Part shown: piece by piece, positions 29,901 to 47,000 of the stretch | Layout of the letters: each line of letters starts with the position of its first letter | Numbering within the stretch: position 1 is the first letter of the stretch | NCBI GenBank assembly: GCA_044892525.1 | Contig: CM097885.1 | Span: 34,164,001-34,228,000, forward strand | Direction of reading: 5' to 3' | Source of the DNA: Schmidtea polychroa | Taxonomy: Eukaryota | DNA length: 64,000 bases | The notes under the pieces: generated by a model | Databases searched by the model: none | Told to the model about the DNA's origin: nothing | Seen by the model: only the letters and a program-made list of their open reading frames with translations | Made by a program: the position numbers and the translations under genes

Positions 29901-32900
29901 GCCTCTAGACTAATCGAGAGCTTGCTGTACCAAAAATAATTGTTAGTCATCGTTGTCTAGTCAAAGTATCACTGTAGCATAGTAACAGAGGAAGATTGTT
30001 GCAATAATAATTCTTGTGGTCAATAAAATACAACTAGCGTGACGTCACATTCAGCTCAACTCATCCACCTACCCACGTCATGTTTTCAAAGAACCCACTT
30101 GCCCACTCTCGAGCGTGACCTAATTATGCCCTCTAACTATATAATAATAAATACGAAAGCTATATTTCACAAAACATTATAATTAACATTGAAAAAAAGA
30201 AAAATTAAATAACAATTTAACTTACCATATTTTATAGTTTTACCATAATTTATAGTTTTGTGTAACAATCAAAGTAATTTAAAAAATAATACAAATCATA
30301 CTTTGATAAATTGAATGGATTATATTTTATACAAGGAATATTTACATTTTTTTTACTCTATCAAATAAAGAGTGTCCTAAAAATTTGTCCAAAGTTTTTA
30401 CACAAATTTAACATTTATTTTAAATATAGTTCTATAGTAGTAATTCAAAATTTATAACCTATAATTAAGCAAAGCATTTTAAAATACAAATACACCACGT
30501 TACGCTGCTTTAGTTCATGTTATGTTAAAAAAAACTATTAGGGCCTTACTTGATTTCATATAAATTATAATTTATATTTTGTACTGAATATAAATAATTT
30601 ACAAATTTATTAAAGGTGATAATGTTTTACATACTTACCATTACTGCTAAAGGTCCTGTGGGAATCGCCCACTTGTGAAATCCAATTTCCGAGAGATCTA
30701 TTTTAGATCCGCTCGCTGTAATTGAAAATTCCGGTAATTCAGTCAAATTAAAGCCATATATGTATTGGATTATAATCAAAGCAGTAGCATATAACACAAT
30801 CAATGGACTCATGTACAGACAAGCTTTTCTAGAGTCTGGCATCATCCAAAGATAGCAAGCTGATAAAAGAAGAATAAATGACATCCATGATTTATATGTC
30901 ACACTCCATGCCTAAACAAAATAATACTTTAATATTTTCTGAAATTAAATTTGATCTATTTAAAAAAATATTTAGGTAATTATTAGAAGTTTAAAAACTT
31001 TAAATCGCGCTGAATCTGTGGATTATACGGAAAGGTGATTATGAAGTGATTATATTGAATAAAAAAGTTTATCTATACCTCGTAGCTTAACATCGCAATT
31101 TACAGGTTCATATTATCCCTGATATCTGAAATCCTAAATATCCAAAATGTCATCGTTGAACAAACCGGCTTACCAGATATCATATTAATAGTAATTCTTT
31201 TAGTCACTTTCCAACCCATAATTTTGAATAAGAATCTCGCTCCTATATATCTAAAGATGGAAATGATTCAATTTTCTATTCATTCTCGCAATCACTATGT
31301 TTATAATAGAATTTTAAAAATAATGACTTATTATATTTTATTGGTAATTCATTTAATTTAATCAACTTTAACCATTTCACTGCGTTTAGTTTGTATAACG
31401 TCACGCGTAAAATATTTTCTAGTATATAATATATTTTTAATATATCTACGCGATAATGTTTAATCCACTACGCCACGAATCATTAGAACACAACGTAACT
31501 CAGTAGCAGTCATTACGAGACCAACGTGTCATACGCAGGGAAAGGGTTAAGTTTTAATTGTCTAAAACATCAATAAAATTTTGGATAAAAAAATTCATTT
31601 GATTGAATGTTTTTAAATATATTTAGTAATATAGTACATTTCATGATACCAAATAAGATTAAGGACTAAATAAAGACTATTGACAATTTTGAATAATACG
31701 AAGTAAATATTGGAGAAGGATGCGAAATGAGATTTACTTTTTGAAAAGCCAGTTTTTTAAACATATATAAAAATACAAATCTTTAATTAAATTATAATAA
31801 TATTAAAATTTTATTATAAATTATTATAAATTAGTTTTGAAAATTATTAATGTTTCTGGTGATAATTTGCGAAAATATTATTGATTAATAAAACATTTTT
31901 GCTTGAATTTATAGTAGGTCAAGAGGATGTTGTTGTGATGGCAGGGGAAATTAATGGTGAAGAAAAGAAAGAAGTAAGCTTCTTTCATTGTACTTCACAT
32001 AAACTAAATGTTCTAAATGTTTAAATAAAGGCAAGATAATTGGAACACGGCGAATTATGTAATTAAATTTTCAATGAAAATTATTTAAGTGGAAAAACAT
32101 TAAAGGTAAATGTTCTTCTATCGTAGAAGGAATACAAAGAATGATAATGGAAGGAAATAACGCTAACATTTGACAAAGTACTTTTTATTTACATCATACA
32201 TGCACATCAATCAATTTCTAAATTTGTCTACATGTTATGGAACATTACTAAACTATACTTGAAATTTAAAATATTCTTCAAAGAACAGCGAAAACCCTAT
32301 CCTACTCACTGTTTAATAATAGACTAAATGGCAATAGTATGATGAGTAGAAAAAATGAAATAGGAATATTTTAAAAAAGTAGTTAATTGTTTTGATTTAA
32401 AAAGATATTTGTAATTTCTTTTTTAACATAATTGTAAAATAGAAAATCGGAATTTCTTTTTTTAAATAAATGCTAGTTGCCAGAAATTATTTATATTTTT
32501 AATGTTTTATGTTTTTATTTACTGTTATACGTTTGTTGTTTCTTTAGATATTTTATGAAACAAAAATCTAATAATTTTCCTTTTAAAAATGTGCTTTGAT
32601 CTAAATCAATTTATAAGTCAGAAATATAATGAATAAAATAACAAATTTTAGTGAAATATCCGGTAGGCGTCTACGAGGTAGTCTAATATATATTTTAAAT
32701 CACATAAACGAGGCAATTTCCATTAAATGTGTACATCTTGTACAAAAATAAAACACCAATCAATACATAATTTGTCAATGAATGAAAAATAAGTCTCCAA
32801 CTATTCCCTTGAGATTTTTTATAAACAATGTATCAAACAGCACCGCAAAAATTATCAATACTATCAGATTATTAATATTTGTTCTTGGACAATGCTCTAA

Positions 32901-34536
32901 TAAATATGTTTTAAAATCAGAAACTATCGGTGATATTGATCAATTAAAATAACGTTATTGCAACCGAAAATGTAGTATACGAAATCAAAAAGTGAAAGCA
33001 AGGGAAAAGCATGGGAAAAATTGAAAAGTATAAAAACAGTACTAAGTGGTTACAAAGAAAATCCAAAGTTAACTACTCATTTTAATGAAGGTAAAGACAA
33101 GTTTTAAATATATTACTTCACCAGAGTTCATTATGCAGATGTTCAGTCAGTTAATTCAATTTTTACCATTTAATCTTAATCCGCAATTTTAGGATATTGA
33201 AATTTATTTTTTAAGATATTATATATGTATACTTACATATATAATATCTTTATTTATTAACAACCCGTATAAATTTGACAAATTTAAATGGTTTTACAGT
33301 TCTTAACAATTCTATTTAAAAAAATATTGATTAAAATACAAAAATGTCAAATTTATAAGAAAAATAAAATCAATAACGAATACAACAGCTTGACAATATA
33401 TATCCCAATAAAATTATTAAAAATTTAATTTAATATAATAATTTTCAAGATAAAATAATACTTTTAATCTTGTTTTCTTTTGTAATAACTAAATCAGTTG
33501 CAAAATTTTAAACGTTGACGATTTAATTATCGAAGTCATGAATAAATAATATCAGATTTAGTCTAAGTGAAATGAAATTCTCATTAAATACTGTTTTTAG
33601 AATAACGATGAAAATTTTTTAAATGACGACCACCTTGTTTTTAATTATGCTTTTAATTTATGATTTAACTTTACTTATACCAATAATAAGATATTTAAAA
33701 TCAAAATAGATTTTTTTGAAAACTAAAAATGCTAGCGTGCAAATTTCGGCAGCAAATTCGAAAGAAAATGTGCACCTTGTTAGTCATTGGCAAATATTCA
33801 CTTTCGGTTTTTAAATTCCTTATGTTTTATATGCAGTGAATCTAAATTTCGTTTAATTTCAATATTTGCGAGATGGTTTATTATTTCTACTATTTTATAT
33901 GAAACGGGAGAACAACAATGTTTCAATATTTCGTTAAAAGACTTTACTAAGGAAATATTTGTTTTATAAGTCATTAGTTTATCTATTAGTTGATCTTAAT
34001 TTATATGAGAAATGGAATGTATAATAATTAAACAGCATTTTAACTCAAAAAGAAGCTGTGCCATTAAGATAAATACATAAAAACACGAAAGACTGAAAAT
34101 TGGTACTACTTTGTTGGTATTGAAAAAAAGTGACAAATTGTGTAAAATCTTGTGCGAAAGAAAACATCAATCAAGACTCAATTTGTCAATGAAGAAACTA
34201 GAAAATATTTCAATTTACAATACAAAGATTTTTGTCATAATCAATTCTAATAAGGCACTTTAATCCCAAACGAATCCGGGTTAATCAAATTATAAAATAC
34301 TTTTTTACAAATCCAATATTATATTAATATACGACACAATACCTGAATGAAAAACTATAGACTATTCGAGAGAATTTTGCTGGCACGGAAGCAGACCAAA
34401 ACCCCTTACAACTGGGTCAAAGAAGCGGGAAAGTAAATGGAGATGACAGAGCAGGACATCCATGGAAGTTAAGATCAAGAATTCCGGAAAATTTTTCCGT
34501 TGAGAGAAAAGAGATAGATTTAAGTTTGTGGAGTGA

Positions 34537-34604
<68 letters not shown>

Positions 34605-37600
34605 AAATAAATAGATAAATATGGATATTGCCTTCCATTTCTTATCTCTCTTTCGTAGGTTAGTGTTTTAATAATGCCTTTACAAATTGTGTTTTTATTC
34701 ATTTTAATCATTGCTATAAAACGCTCAATTTCTTTCGTCATCAATATAAATTTAAGTAATAATGCTTCCTTATTGAATGTCTATTGATGTGTTTACATAC
34801 TTTGATTAACAAAAATTTGCAACGGATAAAACTGAGATTGTAACTTTTTTTCTTTTCTTTATTTTTTAATTGTTTCATTACACACTGTATTTCCATTATA
34901 TTTATGAAAACTGAAAATATCAATACATATTTATCTCGAACCATATATTAATAACTTTATTTGAGTTATCTCATATTTTGTCCATCGAAAGGTTTATTAT
35001 ATTTTTCATCATATCTGGATAGCTTGTATGATTAAATTACTAAGTTTTCAAAAATTACTATACAACTTCTGATCATTAAACTATAAAGGTTTATGAACTA
35101 ATCTAAACATTTGTGAATTTATCATTGACAGTTCACTGTTATTCGATATTTCATTTATTTTCATTAGAACAAAAAATCGAAAATTAATTCTATACAAAAA
35201 AAATTTCACCTATGCTCTTGTGAAATGTTAGTAAAGGCAAAGCCAAAAATTTGTTATTCATAGAATTAATTTTCGATTTTTTGTCAGAATCAAAGTAAAC
35301 AAAATATCAAATAAAGAATACAGTTCAAATCAAAATAACTTTGTCTGACAAAGTTGATAAATATTTAAACTGAATTTAATATGCGTGATAATTACTTGAT
35401 AATATTCAATGTTCAGCATTTATTAATAAAATATCAATAAACAATATTAATGAAGTTTTTATAAAATATTTAATTTGTGAATAATTAATTTTTAAATCGA
35501 TTAATATATTAATTTAAATTAATTTGCAAATTATTAATTTCGAAATCGATTAAGATATTAATTGAAATTAATTTTCCAATCATTAATTTTGAAATATATT
35601 AATATATTAATTTGCCAATTATTAATTTCGAAATCGATTAAGATATAAATTGAAATTAATTTTTGAAATAATTTAATATTTAGCCCGTAGTGGAAGCATA
35701 AGTTTTCTTAAATATGTGGAAAAAATCACAGGTTATAGTTCAAATTTTACGGTAATTGAAACATGTAAAGTATTATATGTAAATAATTTGATGACATTTT
35801 TGCAAATATTTATAATAAATATTTTAACTTGAAAATAGTAAAATTAAAAGCTTACCATCATGGCAATGAAAGTAAAAACAAAACTATTTCGAATTGCTGT
35901 GTTTATAATACTGAGAAGTAACGGGCGTTCAGTAGGGGTTGGAATAAGCAATGGTGATTTGATTCTTTCATCATCAAGTGCAGCCATCGAAGGACTTTGA
36001 TTATCTTGAATTTCAGAAAAATTATTTTCCACGTTAGTAATGTCGCCGGCTGCTCCAGAATTCAGAGCTGCATTAGGCTTAGGAATTGTTTGATATTCTC
36101 CATGTTTTGTTACATTTCCAGTTCTATTCACTATGTTTTGATCAGGAATAAGCTGCTGAAAATATAACTAACGCCATCAATATAATATGGTGAATATGAG
36201 TGAAACTTGTAGAAAATTTTTTAATTTTTTCATATTCAAAAAAAGGACTGCAAAATAAATTTCTTAGGTTAGAATTTATTTATATAAGATTATAGGAAAT
36301 TAAATTAAAATTACATTCATTTTTTTGAATATTGTCTAGCTTTTTACATTTATTAGAAAATTGACTATGAATCAGTAAAGATATAAAAACATCGATATCT
36401 TTACTGATTCATAGTCGATTTTTTTCATTTTATTCAATATATATTTTGCAGCATAAGGCTTATATTAATATTATATTAATAAATACAATGTCAATTGAAA
36501 AGAAATCAGAGGTGAAAATTGAAAAAAGTTCTTAGAATATAAATGAATTAATGCAATTTTATATATCGTGCACATTAGGGTGGTAACTTTTTGACTTTTT
36601 TTCAGAAAATGTGACGGCCATGGTCCTACATTATGAGAAAAAAGTAGAAATTAGGAAATATATATTTACTTTTGGTTTTCCTTTGAAAAACATCACCCAC
36701 CAAAAAATATATGATTTGTTCATTGTGTAATAATGTTATTGAAGTGAAGCAACATGTTATGTCATAAATCCTTGTTACTGAATATAAAGTGTAAATTGAG
36801 ACTCTCAGGAGATTTGCAATTCAAAGATTGCATAAAATATATGGCCTCGGCACAAATATTGCTGCGATGGCTGTCAATTATCGATGGTTCTTTACTCCAG
36901 TAGTTATCAAAACACTTTTTTTAGTATTTTCATAATTTTGAAGACTTTCAGCATAGGAATTTTCTAGAAAATGGTGATTTTAAAACCAAATGTCTAGCCA
37001 AATTCCACAAATAAATGAACAAATCTGAAGCAATCGATTTCTGGCAATAAAATAAAATCCAGGATAGCATAGATTCCACGTGAATTCTACCACGAGTGAG
37101 GTTTTTGATCAAACAATAAATACAAACAATATAAATAATGTTTATAGACCATTCCTCATATAGTAGTACCATGACCATATAAATTTAATGCACGTGATAG
37201 TTAAAAATTACAAATCTCATCAATATGAAAACTAATTAACGATCAAGATTGAAAATCTCAAAGATGGGTTGAGAATTGCTCTTTCTGAAATAATGCTGTC
37301 GAATGTATAATAAGTAACAAAACACCGTCAATCATATTTCACATCAATTGTCATTTCTCTTGATATTCGTATAATTAAAAGCATTATTATAATTATTTTC
37401 AATTACGTAAGTGTGCCGCTAGAGTAAAAAAGAGGAACATTATGGTAGGGTACTGGTAATTTAACTTTACAAGCTTTTCTTTGTGTTAGCAACTGAAATT
37501 TGTAATATAGATTGATATAATTTTTATTAAGAAAACGATGTTGGATATGGTGCTTTACCCCGGGAATGAAAACCCCATATTGTACGAATTTTATTATCAT

Positions 37601-39513
37601 TTGAATTTAAAAGTATAAATTAAATTAATTTTTTTAATTATCGTTACTTGTAACTCGGGATCATGCTCATTAGATTGTTTCAGAGAAGACAGTTTAACAT
37701 CTTCTTTGTAGGACTGGAATTATTATATGTAATTTGTGTAATGTGTTGTAAAAAACCTACCCTGACACGAGGTACCGACTCCCTACCCTTTTCAAACCAT
37801 CGCCTAGTTTCAGTTGCACAAAGATAATAAACATACATGATTATACATGGAGATAAATAATCAATCCATCTGTGGATATAAAAATTGACCTCTCCCCTTG
37901 TTTGACAAGAAGTATTAACCAAATAATATAAACCGAGGAGTCTGGAAATATAATTATAATGATATAGTACTTGTGCGATCAGATATTATTGTTCAATAAA
38001 GTATATTTGTAAAAAAATTATGTAAGCAAATTCAATTAAGTGAGAAAAATAAAATTCGAAGCTCGTTTCCATTTACTTGCTAATTGAATTAATATTTCAT
38101 AATTACATTTTTTAAGGGTATAATATAAGTTGGGAAAATATGTTACTTGTCCACTTATATCATACTATACTGTAGATTTTTTCCCAGAATGTCACAGAAG
38201 CTGATAATTTCACTGTCTTGTTACCATGATAAAAAAAACTATGCCTAGTTGTAATTATTGATAAAGATAAAATGAAGAGTCAGATAGATAAACAAATGTC
38301 CTCTATTAGCAACACCTTATATGCACTGGCCTTCCATTCTATAATCAATTCTGAATCAGATAAAGAAATGCATATTTTATTAATTTCCTTTCTGAAAATG
38401 CGTAAGTATATTTTAAAAATCTTACATCGCGTCGGAGACTTTTTTTAAAAATAAGGAAACTACATAAATAATTACATTTAACTTCATCAATAATTGTCAG
38501 ATAAAGTACTAACTATATTTCTTTCTTAATATCTTATTATACATTCCACATAATGTATTTGATTTCTTTTCTTTTCCCATCGTATGTTTAGATTAAAAAC
38601 ATCCCTTAACAGACTAAGCATTAAATTCGATTGCCTCATTTAAATATGTTATCTAACAAAAAAACGGAATCCCAACAGTTATTTTGTCTTAACATCTATA
38701 AAATAACAGTTACACAAAGATCTTTTAAATACTCGTTATGACCATTTAATACCTAAATAAGAAATAAAAATAATAGATAAATCATTTGTGTGTGGATACT
38801 ATTTATAATGTAAAAATTGTTTAATTTCTGTCAATGTCGTGCATTCGATAAGGAATTTCAGAATTTTGAAGTTATCAGCAAAGAAATGTTTTTAGCAATT
38901 GAAGAAACTGTGCTGAGAAAACCCAATCCAACACAAAAATTTATGACTTGGTTGTCTGTGTTAACAAAATATAGCGTTTTAGTTAGAAAAAGTTCAGGAT
39001 AATGATTGGAAATTAGAAAAATGTAAAAGTAGTGAATATTGTGAATTTGAAATGTATTACTACAAGAATGACTACAAGTGTATATGTGTATGTGTGTGAA
39101 ATTGCTTTTTCAAAATAACCTTGTGGCATATTAATTGTTTAGTGGATTTATTTCTCCTTTATTTCAGATCATAAATAGAAGAATCCCATAGTTAAAACTT
39201 TAATTCCAAATAATTTATCATTAAAAAGTAAAGTAAATGTGTTTTTGAAATATAATTTTAATAAACATTATAATAATGAAAATTAAAATTATGGTCAAAT
39301 AGTCATAATCATTGAAAACTCAAAAGCTATTCAAGATTTAATTATAATTAACTATTAAAACCAGGCGAAAATGTATTTTTCAAATTGGTTTAAATAATTT
39401 AACACATGCTAATTTCCGTAAATCAAAGTTCAGCACATAATAAATCAATGTAATAAGTGTATATTCTGATAAGATAAAATAAAATAAGTTAAAATATAAA
39501 GATTAGTAAGTTA

Positions 39514-39552
<39 letters not shown>

Positions 39553-39607
39553 TAATAAAATATAATAATAAAATAGTAAAAAATAATAAGTAATAATAAT
39601 AATTAAA

Positions 39608-39673
<66 letters not shown>

Positions 39674-40949
39674 TAATAATATAAATAAATTACGATAATA
39701 AATAACCTGGATGAAAAATTGTTATTCGGTAAATAATATTGTACAAATTCTATTTGGACCAAATATAGCAAGCACACATGGATAGCCGAATACATGAGAA
39801 GGAATATTCGCATATATGCAAAATTAGTGGTTATAACTTTATTTCCACAAGCCCAAAATGTGCATATTCCGAGAAATCCAAAAAGATAGACGGAATTCAA
39901 AATGGATGGAGATATAATGCCAGCAAATCCGGTAACAACAACATTGAAAAAAACAAATAAGCTTTGCATTGCCCATGCACGCCAGATTTTTTTCTGCAAT
40001 CGATCAATTCCGAGGGTGTCGTGCAAATAGTTATGAGTGTCATGAATTTTTCTGCTTTGATGATGTTCGGCATTGTTGTCAGATAAAATGTTTCCACTTT
40101 CATGTTGAATGAAAGACGTTTCTGTAGTTGTATCGTCAGTAAGCCGTTTCATAGGTCGACTAGGACCAGGTAACAATGAATCGGGGGTTTGTCCATCATC
40201 TGAGATCACATTGTTATGATTATCTTCTTGTGATTGTTTATCATTAATTGAAACTTGACAGCCTTTCGACGTGCAATTACGAAAATAAATTAATTGCACA
40301 ATACTGGTAACTAAAATCACGTAATCCGGTAATACTAGTCTTAAAACTCGATAAAACAATACTCCTTTTAAACTAGAATAAAAATTTTATAATTAAAAGT
40401 AAAAATCACTGTTAATAAAATAAATAGTAAATTAAATATATTCGAAAATTGTGTTATTGTTGTCGTTTGAATGAAGTTATAATGTAGGTTCTAGAATTTG
40501 ATTAAGTCAGGGGAAGATGTGTCGTAGTAGTTTCTAGTAGCTTATAAATTAAACTTGTTTACTTAAAATAAATGCAAATAAAAATAAGCAATTCAAAGTT
40601 GGTTTTAGAAAAAAAATGCATAGACTAAAATTTAATTCCAGGGAGCAATTCCAGAAAAATTACCGCATTTATTATGTTCTAGATTGAATGTTGTAATGAT
40701 TTTATATTTAATATAATATCTAACGACCCTTCTTAAAATAAAATTTTTGTTGTATTGTTGGGTGGTTCAGAAACAAGGAATTATTATATCAAGGTTAATC
40801 GAAGTCTCTCCATGTGTAATACAAAATATATCGTGACAGTTTTTAAGGGAAATGGTAGATATATAGATTGTTGGCACAGCTGGTCACTTTTAATCCTATT
40901 CACAAACACTTTAATTTTTACTGGAATAAAATTTGTATTTTTGTTGTTA

Positions 40950-41031
<82 letters not shown>

Positions 41032-44000
41032 TGCTGATGCTTCGATCACAGTGCATTATAATGAATGTACCAAAATAGTTATTATTAATAGCAAGTAAAA
41101 AATAGTAAGAAAATTTTTAAAAGTGTAATTTTGAAAAAATCATTCAGTTGTCACAACACTAATTTTTAAAAAAAAGGAATAATAAAGTAATAGATGTCCA
41201 AAAATATAGAGATAAATAACACAAGCCTATATAATTTTTGTAAATTTCAAATTTACATAAGCTTACAATGTTATTTCAATAATAAATAGTTAAAATTGAA
41301 GTAATTGATAAAATAACACGCGAAAGAATTAATGCAAATAAAATAAAACAAAAAAGAGATAATATCTTAAGTTGCAATTATTGATAAAAGTTTTAGATAT
41401 ATTAAAAATACTAAACTTGCATATTATGCAATAATTTATCTATTTCATTTTCATGTTAATTTTGAGCAAAACGATTTATTTGATTTCAAAAGGATACATA
41501 ATTTTAAAATTTATTGAAAAATTTCACCAAAACATTATAATTAAAAGTTGTTATTTTAATGTGATAATGGATATATACAATTCTTAAGGATAATCACTAA
41601 TTTGAAACGAGCTCTTGAATTTAATTTTATATCAATGATAAAGATTTCTTTTTATTTTCATGACTTTATTTGATCTGTAGTTATAAAAATTTAAGAAAAT
41701 ATTTAATTAGTAGTGAAAATTTTTAATTTTAGTCACCTTTGATTTGTTTTTGATATTTTTTTTTGATATTTTATATATTTTCATTAAATAAAAAATTGAA
41801 TTATTGTTCTTTTGTCAATGCAAATAAATATATAGTGACAGATAAAATTAAAAATGTACTGATTTTATTGATAATAAAAAAAAATTATTCAAATTAATAT
41901 ATACCAAAATTTGCTTGAGCGAGCTATATTTTTGTTTTGGCAAAACATCTGTAAATAAAAAAATTCTACCAAATATTACTTTCAACTGAAACTACTTCGA
42001 CAAGGAAGCAAATTGTGTGGCATGAAACAAAATTCTATCCACATTTTACAATATAATTACGAGTTATAATTCTCACAATAAGTCAGTAAATAAATGTGAT
42101 AAAATTAGTTTTAACAAAAACATTTTGTAATCTCTTTTATTAAATGGATCAATTTCTATAATATTCAATATTTATGAGAAAAATAAAATAAATATTTAAA
42201 ATAATATATAAGCAGCTTATTGATAATATTGAAAATATTGATTTTCTAACAATTATTGGAACGTTTAGTTAAGAAATGGATTTCTCTAATCGTTTTCAAC
42301 TATTTGTTGTTATAAATCATTTTAGAAAATGACATGTTAAATTTCTAAAATTAAATTTTGGGAAAAATTTCAAAATAGTAAAATGTTTATTGTTCTTTTC
42401 ACTGATTGATAATAGGTTTTATTGTTTCGATGACAATAAATCAATAAAATTCTTAAGAACAACAAATTTTAGACAGTCTTATATTTGTATTAAATTTATC
42501 ATTTATATCTTAAATAATCCATTCATGTCCATCGGATCGTGTTCGACTCAATTGAAAAAATTATAATTTCTTTGAAAATGAGGCAAATCTATATTATGTT
42601 ATAACAAGACAAGCGTTTTAATAAATTTTTTTGTAGTTTTTTATTTTTATTTTGTAGTTATAGATAATGAACAATGATTAGTCAATAATGTTTTTAAAGA
42701 TGTCTGAAAAAAATAAAGTTTGCTATACCTAAATGAATTTGCCCTACTTTCAAAACAAAAGACTCATTTAATTTTCTCTAAACATAATATTTATAATCAA
42801 ACTTATTAACTTTAAAAAATGTAAATTTTCTCACATTTGTATATTTTTAAAAATATTTTTGTAATGAACAAATTTTAACATAAATAATTCTTTGCATAAT
42901 TTGATTATTAAACCCTACAATGCAGTTTATTAATATTAAATACTTTATACCAATTTACTTTTATTTTTAAATATTGTGTATTATTTTAGACCCCAAACCT
43001 TTAATCTGAGTAACTCAAATAATTTCCTACTATTTATTTGCGTTAGACACAAAAAACATGAAAATATAAATAATTATATATAAAAAAAGATATGCTATTT
43101 ATCTCAGAACTCATTTACTCTCAGTACGCCTTCCATTTACCAATCTGTTTTCATTTATAATAAATGAGATAAAAATTTGAAATAAATTTTTTCAAACAAT
43201 TTAAAATTTAAATAATTTAATGGAATTATTTTAAAGAAAAGCATAAAAAAATGTGAGATATGTTTAAAATCATTTTAAAATGAACATATGTAAAAGAGGG
43301 AAATTTTGCGTGATTTATCATGAAGATAGAAGACATTACTTGGTAGTTCGAAAGACACATTTCCACACATAAGACAGCAAAGCCCTTACCTTAAAAATAG
43401 ACATCATTGTTTTCATCGACAAATTCGTGATGTCAGGAAAAAACTTTTTATAACGATTGATTGAAAATTTAAATTTTTTTCAAATCATGGCCATTGAATT
43501 TCAGGATATTCATCTTGCAATGTGGAGATATTGAAAGTTTACACAAAGAGTTATTGCTATACATAGAAATTATCTCGCAGAAAAGTGTTGAGAAAATTTT
43601 GTAAATTACAAAATGAAAAAAGAATGTTTATAAGTGAACATGAACTTAATTAGCCCAAAAATATATTTTTGTAACTAAATGAATTTAAACACTTCTTTAA
43701 AGGGGTTAAAAATAAAATAAATGTTACTGCGAAGAAATAGGGTATTTTGAAAGGAAACACTAAATATTAAATAGTAAAATATAATTTGCAGACAAATTGC
43801 ATTAATAGATAACCGAAATATGAATAATAGAAAATGTAAATAAATTAATAAGCTTTATTTTATTTATCCAAACAATTTGTGAATTTCTTTATTTACATTG
43901 ATTTTAAAATTACTATATAAGTAACTTACGCATTGTACGTAAAAGTAGATACAATGTCACATCAATTTCCTGTGAAATTCAAACGGATATATATATTTTA

Positions 44001-47000
44001 ATAATGTAATTTCTGTTTCTTTATGACCAGCATTTACACTTTCGAAAAATTGTCATCAATAATTCGCATCCATTCATTGTATTTGCAAAATTACTATCTA
44101 ACCGTAATATTTCAACTTATTCTCTAGCCTGTTTTACTTTCTATAATTCTATCTAACTTCATTGCACCTTTACTTTGGTATTTAAAATGACATTTTTATA
44201 TTATTTTCTATTGGACAATTCTTTTTAGACGATTGTTTTCGATATACCGATTTTAAACTACAGTCCCGGAATGAAGAACCGATGATGTGGAGAAATCTTG
44301 TGGGCCTGTAGTCAGCTTGTAATAGTTTGTATGTATATAATTTCTTTTTGTGGCATTAATTTGTTTTTAAACTATATGGACATTTATTGCTATATAAAAT
44401 TTATGGTACGTAATTTAAATTTTCAAATATCCTTATTGTGCTTCTTTTAGTATTAATGAAAATGAGCACTAATAAAAATAAAATTATATTTAAATTGTTT
44501 AAGTTTATGAATAGATGAATAAAAAAAATCCTTGAAATGTATAAATCAATATTGTTTTTATTTTTTGTAAAAGTTTAATTTTATATCTGATGAATAAAAC
44601 AAAAGTTACCTTCTGACCCAAGTAGCAGATAATTTAAATTGGAAAATTTAAAAGTATGACTTGATAATTGATTGTGTATGTTACATTAGTCCATTAAAAA
44701 GACATTACGAAAAGCTAAAATTTTTAAATAGAAAAGAAATTTTCATGTCTCTGGCAATTAAAATTATAAATGTGTAATAAAATTTTTTGATTAGAATTTT
44801 TCAATTGTTGTTATTTTTGTTTAAACTGTTTAGTGAAAGGAAAGATATCTTAGAAAAGCATCATTAATAAAAGTATTAATGGTTTTTTGCGAGTTTAATA
44901 AATTGTATTTGATATTTTTTCGGAAATCAAATTAAAAAAATTAATCAATTTAACGTTGTTACTGGCAATGACAAAAATAGTAACTATATGCACTGTGAAT
45001 TTAAATTATATATAAAACGTATTAACTAAATTTTTACGAAATATATTAGGCATCTAGTGTTAGGTTTTCATTGTTTTATGGATCAAAAGATTCATCATTC
45101 AGAGAATGACGTTACTAAAATCACTAGATAACATATTGAAAATTGTAACAATAAAAAGTTAACTTCATCTATACACACTTTAAACAAACGAAAATTTCAG
45201 ACAATTTAGAACAATAAATTCAGTGTAAGATGGTTTATTCGGAAAGTGATATGTGTCACAGTATAGTTTAGGTGAAATTCCATTTTTTTTAATGAATATA
45301 TGGAGATTGTTTTAAAGAATAAGTTCTAGTTTAATGCAATAGGTCATCCTCGTGCAATGCTAATGTAACTATTTGTTAACCTCTTGTTTTCGAAAATTAA
45401 ATTAAAGCACTTGGTAAAATATGACAAAAATACTTGTTATTTTAAAGTATTTTAATGATCTATTAACATAAATAAAACTTCATTAGATTAGATCAAAGAA
45501 GTGGAATATTCTAAGGATGTTTTTCAATTTTTAGTTATGAAAATACATTTATGGTGGGGGATAATTTGTGTGGATCTAGATGAGAGAGGATCAAAAATTT
45601 TAGACCATGGATTAAGAAATGGTGTATGAGAATATTAAAGTATGTAGATTTTTTTATCCCATTGAGACTACCCATTTACAATTATAATCCAATTGAATCA
45701 GCTCTATTATAATACTGATCCCATTCACCGTGTTCTATTATAATATTGATCCCATTAACCTTTTCCAATTATAATACTGATCCCATTCAACCTGTCTCTT
45801 TATTATACTGATCTCATTCACCGTGTTCTATTATAATATTGATCCTATTCACCATGTCCCATTATAATACTGATCCCATTAACCTTTTCCAATTATAATA
45901 TTGATCCCATTCACCGTGTTCTATTATGATATTGATTCCATTAACCTTTTCCAATTATAATACTGATCCCATTCAACCTGTCTCTTTATTATACTGATCC
46001 CATTCAACCTGTCCAATTATAATACTGATCTCATTCACCGTGTTCTATTATAATATTGATCCTATTCACCATGTCCCATTATAATACTGATCCCATTAAC
46101 CTTTTCCAATTATAATATTGATCCCATTCACCGTGTTCTATTATAATATTGATCCTATTCACCATGTCCCATTATAATACTGATCCCATTAACCTTTTCC
46201 AATTATAATATTGATCCCATTAACCTTTTCCAATTATAATACTGATCCCATTCAACCTGTCTCTTTATTATACTGATCCCATTCAACCTGTCCAATTATA
46301 ATACTGATCTCATTCACCGTGTTCTATTATAATATTGATCCTATTCACCATGTCCCATTATAATACTGATCCCATTCACCCTGTCTCTTTATAATACTGA
46401 TCCCATTCAACCTGTCTCTTTATTATACTGATCCCATTCACCCTGTCCCATTATAATATTGATCCCATTAACCTTTTCCAATTATAATACCGATCCCATT
46501 CAACCTGTCTCTTTATTATACTGATCCCATTCACCGTGTTCTATTATAATATTGATTCCATTAACCTTTTCCAATTATAATACTGATCCCATTCAACCTG
46601 TCTCTTTATTATACTGATCCCATTCAACCTGTCTCTTTATTATACTGATCCCATTCAACCTGTCTCTTTATTATACTGATCCCATTCACCCTGTCCAATT
46701 ATAATACTGATCTCATTCACCCTGTCTCTTTATAATACTGATCCCATTCAACCTGTCCCATTATAATACTGATCCAATTCACCCTGTCTCTTTATAATAC
46801 TGATCCCATTCAACCTGTCCCATTATAATATTGATCCTATTCACCATGTCCCATTATAATACTGATCCCATTCAACCTGTCTCTTTATTATACTGATCCC
46901 ATTCAACCTGTCTCTTTATTATACTGATCCCATTCACCCTGTCCAATTATAATACTGATCTCATTCACCCTGTCTCTTTATAATACTGATCCCATTCAAC

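Noticed and set aside
36577..37200. Possible DNA transposon relic (also 32300-33200)
   Set aside because: Only faint motif echoes; family and boundaries not supportable by eye.
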